From: a virus
IMG/VR virus record: IMGVR_UViG_3300043436_001870
Coordinates: 49,165-113,164 of that record
DNA: 64,000 nucleotides
Reading direction: 5' to 3' (one strand)
Each line of letters begins with the position of its first letter. Positions within the stretch are counted from its first letter, which is position 1. A model generated the notes under the pieces. It saw only the letters and a program-made list of their open reading frames with translations. It had not been told where the DNA came from and made no database searches. The translations under genes were made by a program, and so were the position numbers. Positions 12,301 to 21,000 of this stretch are shown in pieces.

Positions 12301-15300
12301 TTGTAGAACTTATCTGCCTTACCATCTTTAGTAATAGTGCTAACCTTAGACCCTGACTGCATCAATGCATAGTCAATATCCTGGTCAACCATTTTGTTAT
12401 GAAGGTTTTCTAATGGAGTATTCTTGATAACACTTGGAATCAACGGCATCAATGAGTATTTGTGGAATGCTGTTGCAGGTAATCCTGTACCCATAAGTGG
12501 GCCCCAATACTGCATCTTTTTAACTGGGAAGAAGTTTAGCACATCATCCATGGCTACTTCTTCACCCTTCACAATCTTGTTATATAGAAACTCCTGATTA
12601 GGTGTCCATTTATTCAATGACATCAATAATGCTCTATAAGCATCAAAGCTGATCCAACCCTGACCATCTGCTTCAGTCATCTCAGTATACTTAGAGAATA
12701 CTTTTTTAATAGATGCCTCGGCTTTAGCAACAGTTTCTGGACTTGCATTTACTTTCTTTAGACGGTCCTTCTCAATCTTGAGAGCTGCTTCTAAATACGT
12801 ATCATAGTAAATTGATTTACTTACAACATCCTGCATTACTGCAGAGTTCATAGTATTACCAAATGATGCTCTTGTCTTACCTCTTGTAGCAGCATAACTG
12901 ACCTGAGCAAACTTGCTGTCAATATATGCCGTCATTGCTGGACCTGTTCTAGCAAAGTCACCGGTTGCTGCAATACCAGCATTACGTTTAAAGAAGTCAT
13001 CTACATTCTTGTAGAGAGCTGGGTCACCATAGAACATTACACTAAACTCATACTTATGGATCCAGTCATTAGCTGTATATCCATCAATAAGAGCCGTAAT
13101 CATTTTTTCTCTTCGTTCAGCAGTAAGTCCGTTGATAACATCCTTAGGTGATCTTTCTGAATCACCTGTCTCAAGCTTTTCCAAAAGACTGTTTATCACA
13201 CCAGTATTACTCAGGATGCCACTTTCCTGAAGCATTTTAGCATTCTTCTGTCTTTGCTCAGTAAGATAATCTGTAATGTCTGTTTGTAATAAATTCTTGA
13301 GATCAAGATTACCATCAACAAACTTTAGAAACTGTTCTGATGTTTGCACCTCAGGACTTGTAGCTAACTGTTCCTTAAGGTTAGTAATTGTCTCGGGCTT
13401 AAGTATACCATTAAATATTACAAAGTCTTGAGCAACTTCACCATAGGTTTTATCACCAACAGTTACTGTTGCCGATGGATCTCCATTCTTAAGTTTTTGT
13501 ATACGTTCAAACTCTGAAGACAGGTACCCAATTAGTGTATCTGCAAATTCAGTTTTACCACCAGCAGTCTTAAAGTTTTTTAGATCAATGTAATGTAACT
13601 TACCATTAAGTAACTTGTACAATAATGTAGTAGCCTTGTCTGCATGTCGGGTTGCCTCAGTAGCACCGTACAGAGTAAGCATCAAGAAATCTCCTACAAG
13701 CTTTGTTGTTTCATCAGCAGAGGATGCATCAATACCACTACGTTCCATTATGTTACGTGTGTTGGTATATTGATTCATGAACCCAGCCATGTTATTAAGC
13801 TGAATAGAAACAGGAACTTGCTGACCACTACTAGAATCTTTATAAGTTCTTCTTACACCATTTTCATCAAAGGTTGATTTATATATGATGGTTGATTTTA
13901 CAAATGGATTTCTAGAAGGACTAAGATGACTCATGCTTAAATCATTGGCATTAGGCACACCTTCCTGAGTAAGCTCTGTAATAGATTTAGCTCTATTCCA
14001 TTTACCAATCTGATTAGATATAGTACTTCTTAATGATCTTTCTTGCTGGCTTTGATTGTTTGCATTGTTTACTGTAGTATCTGCAAAATCATCAGACCAT
14101 TTTAATTGGAACTTCTGTAATCCGTTGTATATACCAGAACCACCACCAAGAACTTGTCTTACAGAAACTTGTTCAATCTTTTTAGGAAGCTTATATGCTG
14201 AATCTGATTTATAGTTCTTATATATATCTGATGGTGCCTGAATTTTTATAGGATTTAATAGACCATCCTTTGATTTGTTATAGGCATAAATTGCCTGTAG
14301 GTAGTCCATGGTACGTTTACCATAGTTAGCAAGGCCTGACTTATAAGCATCAGCCTTAGCTGATTTACCATCTTCTAATACAATACCTATGCTATCAAAA
14401 AACTTATAGATATCATCTATATTGTCTTTTGTAAATTTAGTATTTCGGAATTGTCTATAAACAGCATTAACATTTAGAATATTATTACCATAGATGTCTT
14501 TAGTAATATATTCTCCTTCATCTGCAATAGCAAAGTTATCATTCCATCTTCTTCCTACTTTTCTGAACTCACCAGTTGCCTCAACAGGACTTACAATATA
14601 GGATGTTTCTTTACGTCCAAATCCTCCTTGAACATCCTGAATAAATCTATCAGTCTGCTTAAGTTCAAGCATTCTCAGATTAATTCTAGGCATTGTCAGA
14701 ATCTTTGTAAAGTCAGTCCAAAGATTCACTGATGCTTCATCTAAGTTCTGTGGAGAACCTATCTTGCTCATTAATTCCTTAATAATAGGATAGTCTTCAG
14801 CAGCAAGCTTTAACTTCTCATAAACTTCATTATCTGTATTAGCTCCTTCTGTAATATTCAGAATACGATTCCAGCTTTTCTTAAAATCATTTAAGTCCGG
14901 AAGACCTAGTATGTTCAGTTTAACTGAGCCATCTTTCTCATAGGCTTTTAGGGATCTGATTGTGAATAGTACATCTGGTTTAGCCAGGTTAGCTAATGGA
15001 ACTTCATTACCAGCTCTTTTTTCAAATACATTTCTATCCGTGATAGATGCCTCCTCCTCAATAGCCTGTATAGTACTCTTCATAAGAGTACTATTTTCCA
15101 TATGGAATTTTACAAGACCTACGGGATTATCTAAGTTATATGGATCACCAAAGTTTGCAAGTCCTGCAGCAATGGTATCAATGGCAAAATCAGTATCAGA
15201 TGTATCTTCAATATTAGAATCCATCTTGGATCTCTCTTCTAAAAGATACTCAAGCTGAGCTGTCATCTGTTCTCTTACATAATCATAACCAACAGAAAGT

Positions 15301-18008
15301 GACTGCTTATCTTTAATAAGAGTGGTTGTTGCTGCTGCTGTGTTGTATGCTTCATTTACCTTGTCAACATACTCAGAGAAAAGAGCATCGGTGCTATCTC
15401 CTAAAAGCTTGCTGATCATACTATTCATTACATAAGGAGAATCAGCAGCAGTTGACTCAATTGTCTTAGTCTTATTTAGTACATCAAAGTTAGCATTGGC
15501 TTGATCAAAAGTATAACCAGTTAGATTACCTACACGTAGTTTTTCATACAGCTCTCCAATGACTTTGTTGTCCCTAGGTGAAAGCTGTACTTCATCAACA
15601 GTTGTTCCTCCAAACAAGTTCTTAAGTAAATCAAGTAACCATTGGAAGAACTTATTACGTACAGGCTTGCCTTCTACAGGCTTACCTTTACCCAACATAA
15701 ATTCACGGAAATCCTCTGCAAGATACTCCTCTAGCTCTAGTAGAGTAGCATCAGCAAATGATACTGTTCTACCCATATATGACATGAATGTGCCGGTGCT
15801 CTTACGTGCCTCAGCATACATCTCATTTCTTTGGGCCTCAGTCATGAATGTCTGAGTAAACCCATGCCATGCTTCATGGTATAAATCAGTAAAGTCAGAA
15901 CCTTGGAAGAGAGTAATACCAGATAATGTCCAAGTTGCAACAGAACCTCTTGTATTAGAGTTTACTGCATTGAACATTACTTCATAAGGAATAACCTTAG
16001 CTAAAGGACTTCTCTCATACCATGCTTTAGCAGCATAGATCTGAGCAACAGTTGCTTTAACTGATTGTTGCTTATCAAGTTTGTTGAGACCTTTGGCCTT
16101 ACGGATAGTCTCTTCAAGCTTACCATTCTTTATGGCATTACCAATTACATTAGAATCAGCAGAACTTCTACCTCTTGGTTGTCTAGCCTTTGCCTTTGTA
16201 ACTGCTTCTTGTGCTGCAGCTTCATTGACTGGATTAGAAACAACTGGTGCAGTGCTTACAGGAGCTTGTGGTTGTTGTACTGTTACTGGATTCTTTAATA
16301 CTGTTTTACCAACCTCAGCTTTTACTGGACTGATTGTAAAGTATCCATTGTACTCACGTAGTTTACCATTAGAGTCAAAGAATCCTCTGATCTCTTTTGA
16401 AACTCTATCTAAATATTCTATTTGGTTCTCAGTAAAGTAATCTAAAACAATGGTACCATCCTGCTCAGACAAATTGAAGTTTGTGAAACTATTTTCATTA
16501 AAGTTCTTAGTAAGTATACTGTATTCTCTTGGAAATTTTTTTTTATCTGAAGAAATAGCATTTCTTAATTCTTGAAAAGAAAGAGCATCTGTTAATTTTT
16601 GAACAGCAGAGGAATCATTTAAGTCTATGTCTTTTCCATTATGAGTAATGTATAACTCAGACAACTTATAGTCAAAGTCTATCTTAAGACCTTTTCTTTC
16701 TTGTCCACCAAAGAATGAATTAATTAACTCATACTTTTCTTTTAGGGAAACTTTTACTCTTTTACCTTCAACATTTTTATATACGTCAGTGGTAAGAAGT
16801 TTAACAAGTTTATCTATATCAGTTTTGTCAGCAGGTTTTGTAAACACTTGTACTGACATATTACTTGCTCCAACCTTAAGTTGAATTGATTGTTTCTTAT
16901 CTTTTGTAACAAAATCTAATTTTAAAGGAACATTACCAAAATTGGCCTGTGAAACTTTGATACTAACTCCTTTTGCATCAGTATAAATACCAAGACGTGC
17001 ATCTGTAATAGAATAAACAATTGTATTACCTGGATTCTGATTCAAATATGCATAGCTTTTACTCAATGCATCAAATTGTGCAGTAAGTAATGCTTCAGCC
17101 TGCTCAATAGATATCTCACCTTCAGAATTATCTGATATTTCTTTTGGTGACTGTGTATACTCATTCTTTTGCCAGTTGTACTTACCATTGTCAAGTTTTC
17201 CTGGAATAGGTCTTGAACCATAATAAATTATACGTCCTTTATCTGATACATTAAACTGTTCATTAAAGTATAAAGGTGTACCATTGACATCTGTAATTAC
17301 AAATGCATACGGATTTTTATTTGCAGGCTGAGGGTATATCTGACCTTCAGGGATTCTCTTAATAGGTACAAGACTAATATGAATACCGCCAGTTACTCCA
17401 GGATACTCTATACCAGTTTCTCCTGGTTTAGGAGTAAGACCTTTTGCAGCCAAGAACTTAATAAAGTCTGTGTAATAAGCTAATGCTGCATCCTCTCCTA
17501 GACTGGCATTGCCTGGATCAGACAATGTATTAATTGTTGTAGCAAACGGATTAATAGGTCTAGGTCTTGTAAAGGGTACTCCTGCCTTGCTAATCTGAGC
17601 ACTTACTAAAGTTCTTTGTTCCTCAAAATTGATTTCAGAAATGATTTCTCCAAGATCTTTAGGAGGCTCATTGAGTCCTAGATAAGCTACTGTATTGTCA
17701 AGTCCTTTTTCTGGATTTGATAATTCATCTCTCAAGTCAAAAACCTCATCAAGACTTAATCCTTTTTTACGAATTTCCTTGCTTTTTGGTTGAGCAATCA
17801 TCTCTGGAAGAACAGCAGCTGTTAACATAGCATACTCAACAGCCAAGTTTTTATTTCCTGATTTAGCTAACACTCTGTCATAAATACTTTTTAGGTAGTT
17901 ATTCAGATTAAAAGTTTTTGCAGGATCATTAATAATCACTAATAAATCCTTTGCAATTTTTTTACGAAGGACCTGTATCTGCTCTGGGGTTCTTGTACAA
18001 TTGATCAT
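6366..18008 (-). CDS. Virion-packaged two-barrel RNA polymerase polyprotein (3880 aa): zincin-like domain, RNAP, SF1 helicase, C-terminal domain
   Basis: HEAWH (15864-15878) and LEEYLAEDF; ADGQGW (about 12655-12672); RIPVQG (about 11400); KSGGDFDIDK with DFDID at 11277-11291, as in the phi14:2 gp66-type crAss virion RNAP. Helicase motifs GYAGTGKS, DEAS, GDPAQL, HKSQGSTY, YVALSRA at about 7150-8570. Confidence 0.9.
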   Translation of the reverse strand: MINCTRTPEQIQVLRKKIAKDLLVIINDPAKTFNLNNYLKSIYDRVLAKSGNKNLAVEYAMLTAAVLPEMIAQPKSKEIRKKGLSLDEVFDLRDELSNPEKGLDNTVAYLGLNEPPKDLGEIISEINFEEQRTLVSAQISKAGVPFTRPRPINPFATTINTLSDPGNASLGEDAALAYYTDFIKFLAAKGLTPKPGETGIEYPGVTGGIHISLVPIKRIPEGQIYPQPANKNPYAFVITDVNGTPLYFNEQFNVSDKGRIIYYGSRPIPGKLDNGKYNWQKNEYTQSPKEISDNSEGEISIEQAEALLTAQFDALSKSYAYLNQNPGNTIVYSITDARLGIYTDAKGVSIKVSQANFGNVPLKLDFVTKDKKQSIQLKVGASNMSVQVFTKPADKTDIDKLVKLLTTDVYKNVEGKRVKVSLKEKYELINSFFGGQERKGLKIDFDYKLSELYITHNGKDIDLNDSSAVQKLTDALSFQELRNAISSDKKKFPREYSILTKNFNENSFTNFNLSEQDGTIVLDYFTENQIEYLDRVSKEIRGFFDSNGKLREYNGYFTISPVKAEVGKTVLKNPVTVQQPQAPVSTAPVVSNPVNEAAAQEAVTKAKARQPRGRSSADSNVIGNAIKNGKLEETIRKAKGLNKLDKQQSVKATVAQIYAAKAWYERSPLAKVIPYEVMFNAVNSNTRGSVATWTLSGITLFQGSDFTDLYHEAWHGFTQTFMTEAQRNEMYAEARKSTGTFMSYMGRTVSFADATLLELEEYLAEDFREFMLGKGKPVEGKPVRNKFFQWLLDLLKNLFGGTTVDEVQLSPRDNKVIGELYEKLRVGNLTGYTFDQANANFDVLNKTKTIESTAADSPYVMNSMISKLLGDSTDALFSEYVDKVNEAYNTAAATTTLIKDKQSLSVGYDYVREQMTAQLEYLLEERSKMDSNIEDTSDTDFAIDTIAAGLANFGDPYNLDNPVGLVKFHMENSTLMKSTIQAIEEEASITDRNVFEKRAGNEVPLANLAKPDVLFTIRSLKAYEKDGSVKLNILGLPDLNDFKKSWNRILNITEGANTDNEVYEKLKLAAEDYPIIKELMSKIGSPQNLDEASVNLWTDFTKILTMPRINLRMLELKQTDRFIQDVQGGFGRKETSYIVSPVEATGEFRKVGRRWNDNFAIADEGEYITKDIYGNNILNVNAVYRQFRNTKFTKDNIDDIYKFFDSIGIVLEDGKSAKADAYKSGLANYGKRTMDYLQAIYAYNKSKDGLLNPIKIQAPSDIYKNYKSDSAYKLPKKIEQVSVRQVLGGGSGIYNGLQKFQLKWSDDFADTTVNNANNQSQQERSLRSTISNQIGKWNRAKSITELTQEGVPNANDLSMSHLSPSRNPFVKSTIIYKSTFDENGVRRTYKDSSSGQQVPVSIQLNNMAGFMNQYTNTRNIMERSGIDASSADETTKLVGDFLMLTLYGATEATRHADKATTLLYKLLNGKLHYIDLKNFKTAGGKTEFADTLIGYLSSEFERIQKLKNGDPSATVTVGDKTYGEVAQDFVIFNGILKPETITNLKEQLATSPEVQTSEQFLKFVDGNLDLKNLLQTDITDYLTEQRQKNAKMLQESGILSNTGVINSLLEKLETGDSERSPKDVINGLTAERREKMITALIDGYTANDWIHKYEFSVMFYGDPALYKNVDDFFKRNAGIAATGDFARTGPAMTAYIDSKFAQVSYAATRGKTRASFGNTMNSAVMQDVVSKSIYYDTYLEAALKIEKDRLKKVNASPETVAKAEASIKKVFSKYTEMTEADGQGWISFDAYRALLMSLNKWTPNQEFLYNKIVKGEEVAMDDVLNFFPVKKMQYWGPLMGTGLPATAFHKYSLMPLIPSVIKNTPLENLHNKMVDQDIDYALMQSGSKVSTITKDGKADKFYNDNQRTTEGYAFDAPTYQFTKNTVFLDYFKDQLEVAEYYKKKVTFSSQLRKLIEQGLFENKVPVDYKPNIADKNERYRLWNAENDKLSTKFARYASRFEKILDSLVEIEKQKIRDQVGSTKKSLIEFIKSELSGPGKKLSEHEVDFLGVDEATDTLLRDLDLSPSADVIERALVNIAQKRILNQKLTGESLVQVSGVGFEQGRLRTATEEEIGRYGGTNGLPFYNPKLDKKGNVISVSAMKIKISLQGPFKNLLNHADVVKYSNENGVTRLDALNHLIKQEWWLNQGDNRAMVTTAAVRIPVQGLNSMEVMEVFEFLPEESGNIVILPAEIVAKSGGDFDIDKMFTFFPTIKTKREVNEEDYALISDILGFGIDAAIVNEIKELVQLGEDLDISTLTEEEKDILRAIDTYYEDKTSAVMNFGDDKAGLENQLLGVIKDILLDPFNFSSLITPNTTDTMEPLGETIAKETKGAGTQKAKGLSEIFEVGRNLYKHQSNNVGKDVLGIIAVVNTFQSIFGRSGLVLTKNRIITQTQRGSVEHPQRLKFAHNKIGDSITLSANYDAEQLNKISDIISQLINGSVDVAKKAWIFDVQGNKELINSLLFMTMAGVPVEDAVYFLSQPIIRDFVKEQRKFKSQYSRAIGYGDVGNFFRNEARDRILFADKGDNKYGFNWLVADFQEKSDKDSTSKYKNKKPSKRLVFEEIDRLVEGIGEFKKADLAGRLNKSNDFDNYDRSVFLHFLEISEMSSQITQLTQNLNFDRTKTETLLDARLRLAKIDDLANGIEPESIQNIIENSPVSAYKIQDFILDLFSDLFPLRDSKEVNRKIASLTDKDISGMPPISAYKKMTGLDADEYIERFRSDLINYVFQSNYYRFNQTQGVYRGFEVQVPIEGVTYLRAGARVKNGILYASKSDILTTFQQELYSKDSMWENEVAPVESSVFALYDAKTAEALYTKFVYEREVLRSFEKNSPENLKNSSIYKTHLNTFKNDSKPAFKAYEATLRDMALDNLNYHGHMFFGGRSYAKQVLEIGKENPSLLDKYEVLDRLEISTGGSSFVTNDGKKQEVTINNLKFTGDRPTPEELDLYTQQIEELADPNVIKVEDPIENERISKVFARFGLYALLQTGIDTTSAFSLIRAVPNDMFYGLLKSSYDKFLTDLKARPNTVLDEYTSLFNNQYRIDNKNVSNKLKNYAFNPEGIPSDIVRITDDTVSELETPLETEEETPGRIVTINGINLNLDKLDIPFTPNDQQLEALQQIADFIDNPNQDVFTLMGYAGTGKSSITKIALEYMRQRGLSINVTAPTHKAKKVIAKLAKTGAVTLQKLLGLGSSSKLTKTDLRKIKLTVQKESLYKPDVVIVDEASLVGDELFDALSDYAGEGKTKILFIGDPAQLNPVEEDKTTSKRSKAFDHPYKYELTKVERQAGSNPLGPILEDIRNNQKKDTSAIDAKTELSGNQGIVTTKTGVDFTRQAIAAFKSENFKNNRNFVRILSHSNERVEDFNQVVRNKIWFDKEVDTSKILEYVIGDIIMAYENVGYKKGGTFQINNSVDYEVLSVQAENKMTFNGLGGLELTGYTIQLQEIDGDGDIYEKFVLSRSTSQEIINLLAQKLVEYQKSLDAQVESGELRANQAFAIYSGLKDSIMTPFDVTDKKGRVVLKKSIDYGYAHTIHKSQGSTYTNVFVDTESIIEAPVSLEEKNQLKYVALSRATNIAYALNRNGQSGGQNIEWNGDFGSKKVVAGKISKSTNKKRVGDIQTLTLFELLQDTSTGVLTFNLLTSTDEKTKKVVNQFDKLTDQNAIQLSVDYPNTIFVRNEASTQSRDTAGTNVVYRAMGDNSLGIRTKSLPRVSQAKEGKIKDFNAKAAWTDATLKENKAMIDEDIAALMEKKESGVNLAFDSNGYGQYLIGYNEYFPAAADAQYADKTTIGVQTFLYLSQQLFEKFGYINPHYLTFGEGRIVVQYGAPVTDEEIAEFNNKCFK

Positions 18009-21000
18009 TACTTACAATCTAATGAGTTATCAAATTCATCATTTACTTCGTCTTCTGAGATGTTTTCTACATCATCAAAAGCCTGACTACTTAGTTTACT
18101 TGCCTCTTCTGAATCAGTTGCTGTTTCAGCAGACTGATTTGCAAGATCTTTTTCTTCTGTAGTAAACTCAACAGGACTCTCAACTTTATCAATCTCACCA
18201 GTTTTTACATCTTTAATCTTAATGTACTCAACTTGTTCCCTTAGTTGTTGTTCTGTTAATATGACATCCTCTCCAGCAAGATTAAGATTTCTTACAACTA
18301 CTGTTTTATTATTGTCATTCTTAGCTACAATAATGGCATTACCATCAGCACTATATATTGATTTGTCTTTCATAACAAGTATTGTCATAACATTAACTGA
18401 GTCAAAGGTAATACCTGATGGCTCCAATTGATTACGTCTATTTGCAAGAAGTTTCTCATAAGTTTCATAATCCAAGTTCTCAGCTTGCAGAACTTGATTA
18501 TTTACTTTTGCCACAATATCATCTAGCTGTTCTTGAGTAGCTTCTGCAATTTGTTCTCTGATAGTTTTTATATCAGTTGGAGTTGCTTCCTCCTCTGCTG
18601 CAAGTTCTTCAGCAGTTGGTATGCTGATTGGACCTGGTGTTGGTTGACCTGCTGGTACTGGAGCTGGTGCTGCAGGACCTGGTTCTGTAAAGTTATTGCT
18701 AGTATTATACTCATCAACAATGTTATCAATTATAGGATCTGTTGAAGTAGCAAACCATGTAGCAAATTCTTTATTAGCAACACCTGGTTTATTAGTTGCA
18801 ATAGAATACTGACCAAGCAATGTAGCCATTAAATCTGGATAGTCCTTCTTAAGAGAATCAAGACTTGTACCTCTTGTTACAGCTGGTTTAGACACAATAC
18901 CTATTCCACTAGCTGGTGCTGTTCCTGCTGCAGTTGTGGTTCCTGCCGGAGCAGTTACACCCTTTCCTGCAAGTTTGTTAGATACAATACCTAGTACCTC
19001 AGTAAGAGCTGTCTCATCTATTGATATAGCCTGACCAAATTGTTTTTTAAAGAAACTAACCAATGCCTTTACAAACTCCTGCCATAGATTACGGTTAGTA
19101 TTCTTGTAGGGAATTATTGCAAGGACTTCTTGGCCGGCCTGACTAGCAAAGGCTTCAGCAACAAATGCTTCTTGACTAGTAAGCATGCGAGTAACATAGT
19201 TACCATACTTCTGTCTCATATCAGGATTATCTTCATAGTACTTCTTAAATGCATCCATGACATTCTGAATAGCAGCCTTAAACCCTGGATCAGATTGATT
19301 ATCAGAAACAATCATCTGGGTTAATGGATGTATCATTAGATATGTCAAAGTAGATGTATAGAACTTACCATCAACTTGGGCTGAATAATCCTTAGTAGCA
19401 AATCTAGGATCAATAGTAATACCTGTTTCTTTAGTGTAACTAAATCCAGAAGGACTTGTCAATGATATTACCATTTTCTTCTCAGGATCAACTGCCGTCA
19501 TAAGATTTTGAATCATCTTTCTAGACGGAACAGATCCTATTCTTTTCTTGAGAATATATTTAAGAACATCAACAATAGAAATAGTATATGTATCTTGACC
19601 AGGTTGTAAACCTAATCCAGTCAATATATCATTTAATGAAGGAGCCTTATCAGCTTCAATCATATCATCAATTAAATATCCTCCCTTAGCCATAGCTTCA
19701 GCAATAACTTTACCCTTTAGAGTAAAGCCTTGTTCTGATTCAAACTCAGACAAGAAATTTAGAATTTCTTTGTAAAGATTACTTGTAGGTTCTACTTCTT
19801 CAAACTCATTAGTCTTTGGGTTTTGTTTGTAGAATGCTGAAGGAACTCTATCTCCTTTCATCAATGCTTCAATCTCATCCGGAGAAAAGAATACATTGAA
19901 CTTTAAAAACAGTTTTTGAATAAGTTCATTTACTCCTATACGAGTCTTGAACTCATCCAATGACTTCTGCATCTTGGTTTTAGCAATTTCTCTAGCATCC
20001 TTTGCAGCTTGTGTAAACTGCTTAGCTGCCATTGAATAATTGTATGGATCATTCAAGAATGTCACAGCATTCATTGCATCACTCAAATTCTCTGAAAGCT
20101 CAGCATAGTCAATAACTTGTAATACCAGTTTATCTAGTTCTGGACTCTTGGCATCAATACCAGAAATAGCAGAAAGGTAGTCTCTTACTCTAGTTTCAAG
20201 CTCTTGTCTTCTTTGTTCTAAACCGGCCTCAATTTCATTACCCTCAAAGTCTAATGGTAATTGACCCTGAGGACCACCAGTAACCTTTAGTTTTTTAGCT
20301 TTGATGCTGACTGATTTAGAAACTTTCTTACCAGATGCATCTGTGTATTCTATGGTAACTTTATTGGATGTCTTCTTTGTTACAGTACCTGTAACCTTAG
20401 CACCGTTCTTAAAAGTATACTCCACAGTGCTGCCCTGCTGTACAGTAAATTGTGTCTTGGTATCTTCCTTTACTTCATCTCTTAGTGCAGCATTTGCTAC
20501 AGATTTCTTGGCTTGACTATATTCTTTTCTGTAATTAGCAAAGTCTTCCTTAAAGTTTCTAAGAAGAGCTGCTTGTTTCTTTCTTTCCTCACCTAGTTTC
20601 TTCTGTGCTTCATCACCCTGTAAATATCCAGTAGCCTCCCTTTCTAGAAGATTAATCTGAGTATCAATCATATCCTCACCAAATGCACTTTTGCTGTCAC
20701 TTAGAAATAAAGATGTAAGTTGCATAGACTGAGCTGCTCCTAACTTTGTTCCAGCTGCATCATTAAATATGCTACTTAATCTTTTAGCTGCTTGCTGATA
20801 TGTATAGTCATTATAAATTGCTAGGGTACGAGCTTCTTCAAATCCATACCAGTCTTCATATTCATCTGGGTTACCTGACTTAGGATTAAATGGATTTCTA
20901 ATAGTACTATACTTCTCATGATTAGCCTTGATCTGATTTACTTTATTCAAAACAGAATCAAGTCTACCTCTCATATCATTATTAAACTCATCAGCTTTAC

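Noticed and set aside
6366-18008. Intein in the RNAP or helicase
   Set aside because: No Cys-initiated Hint block, HN-C/S/T junction or LAGLIDADG motif was seen.
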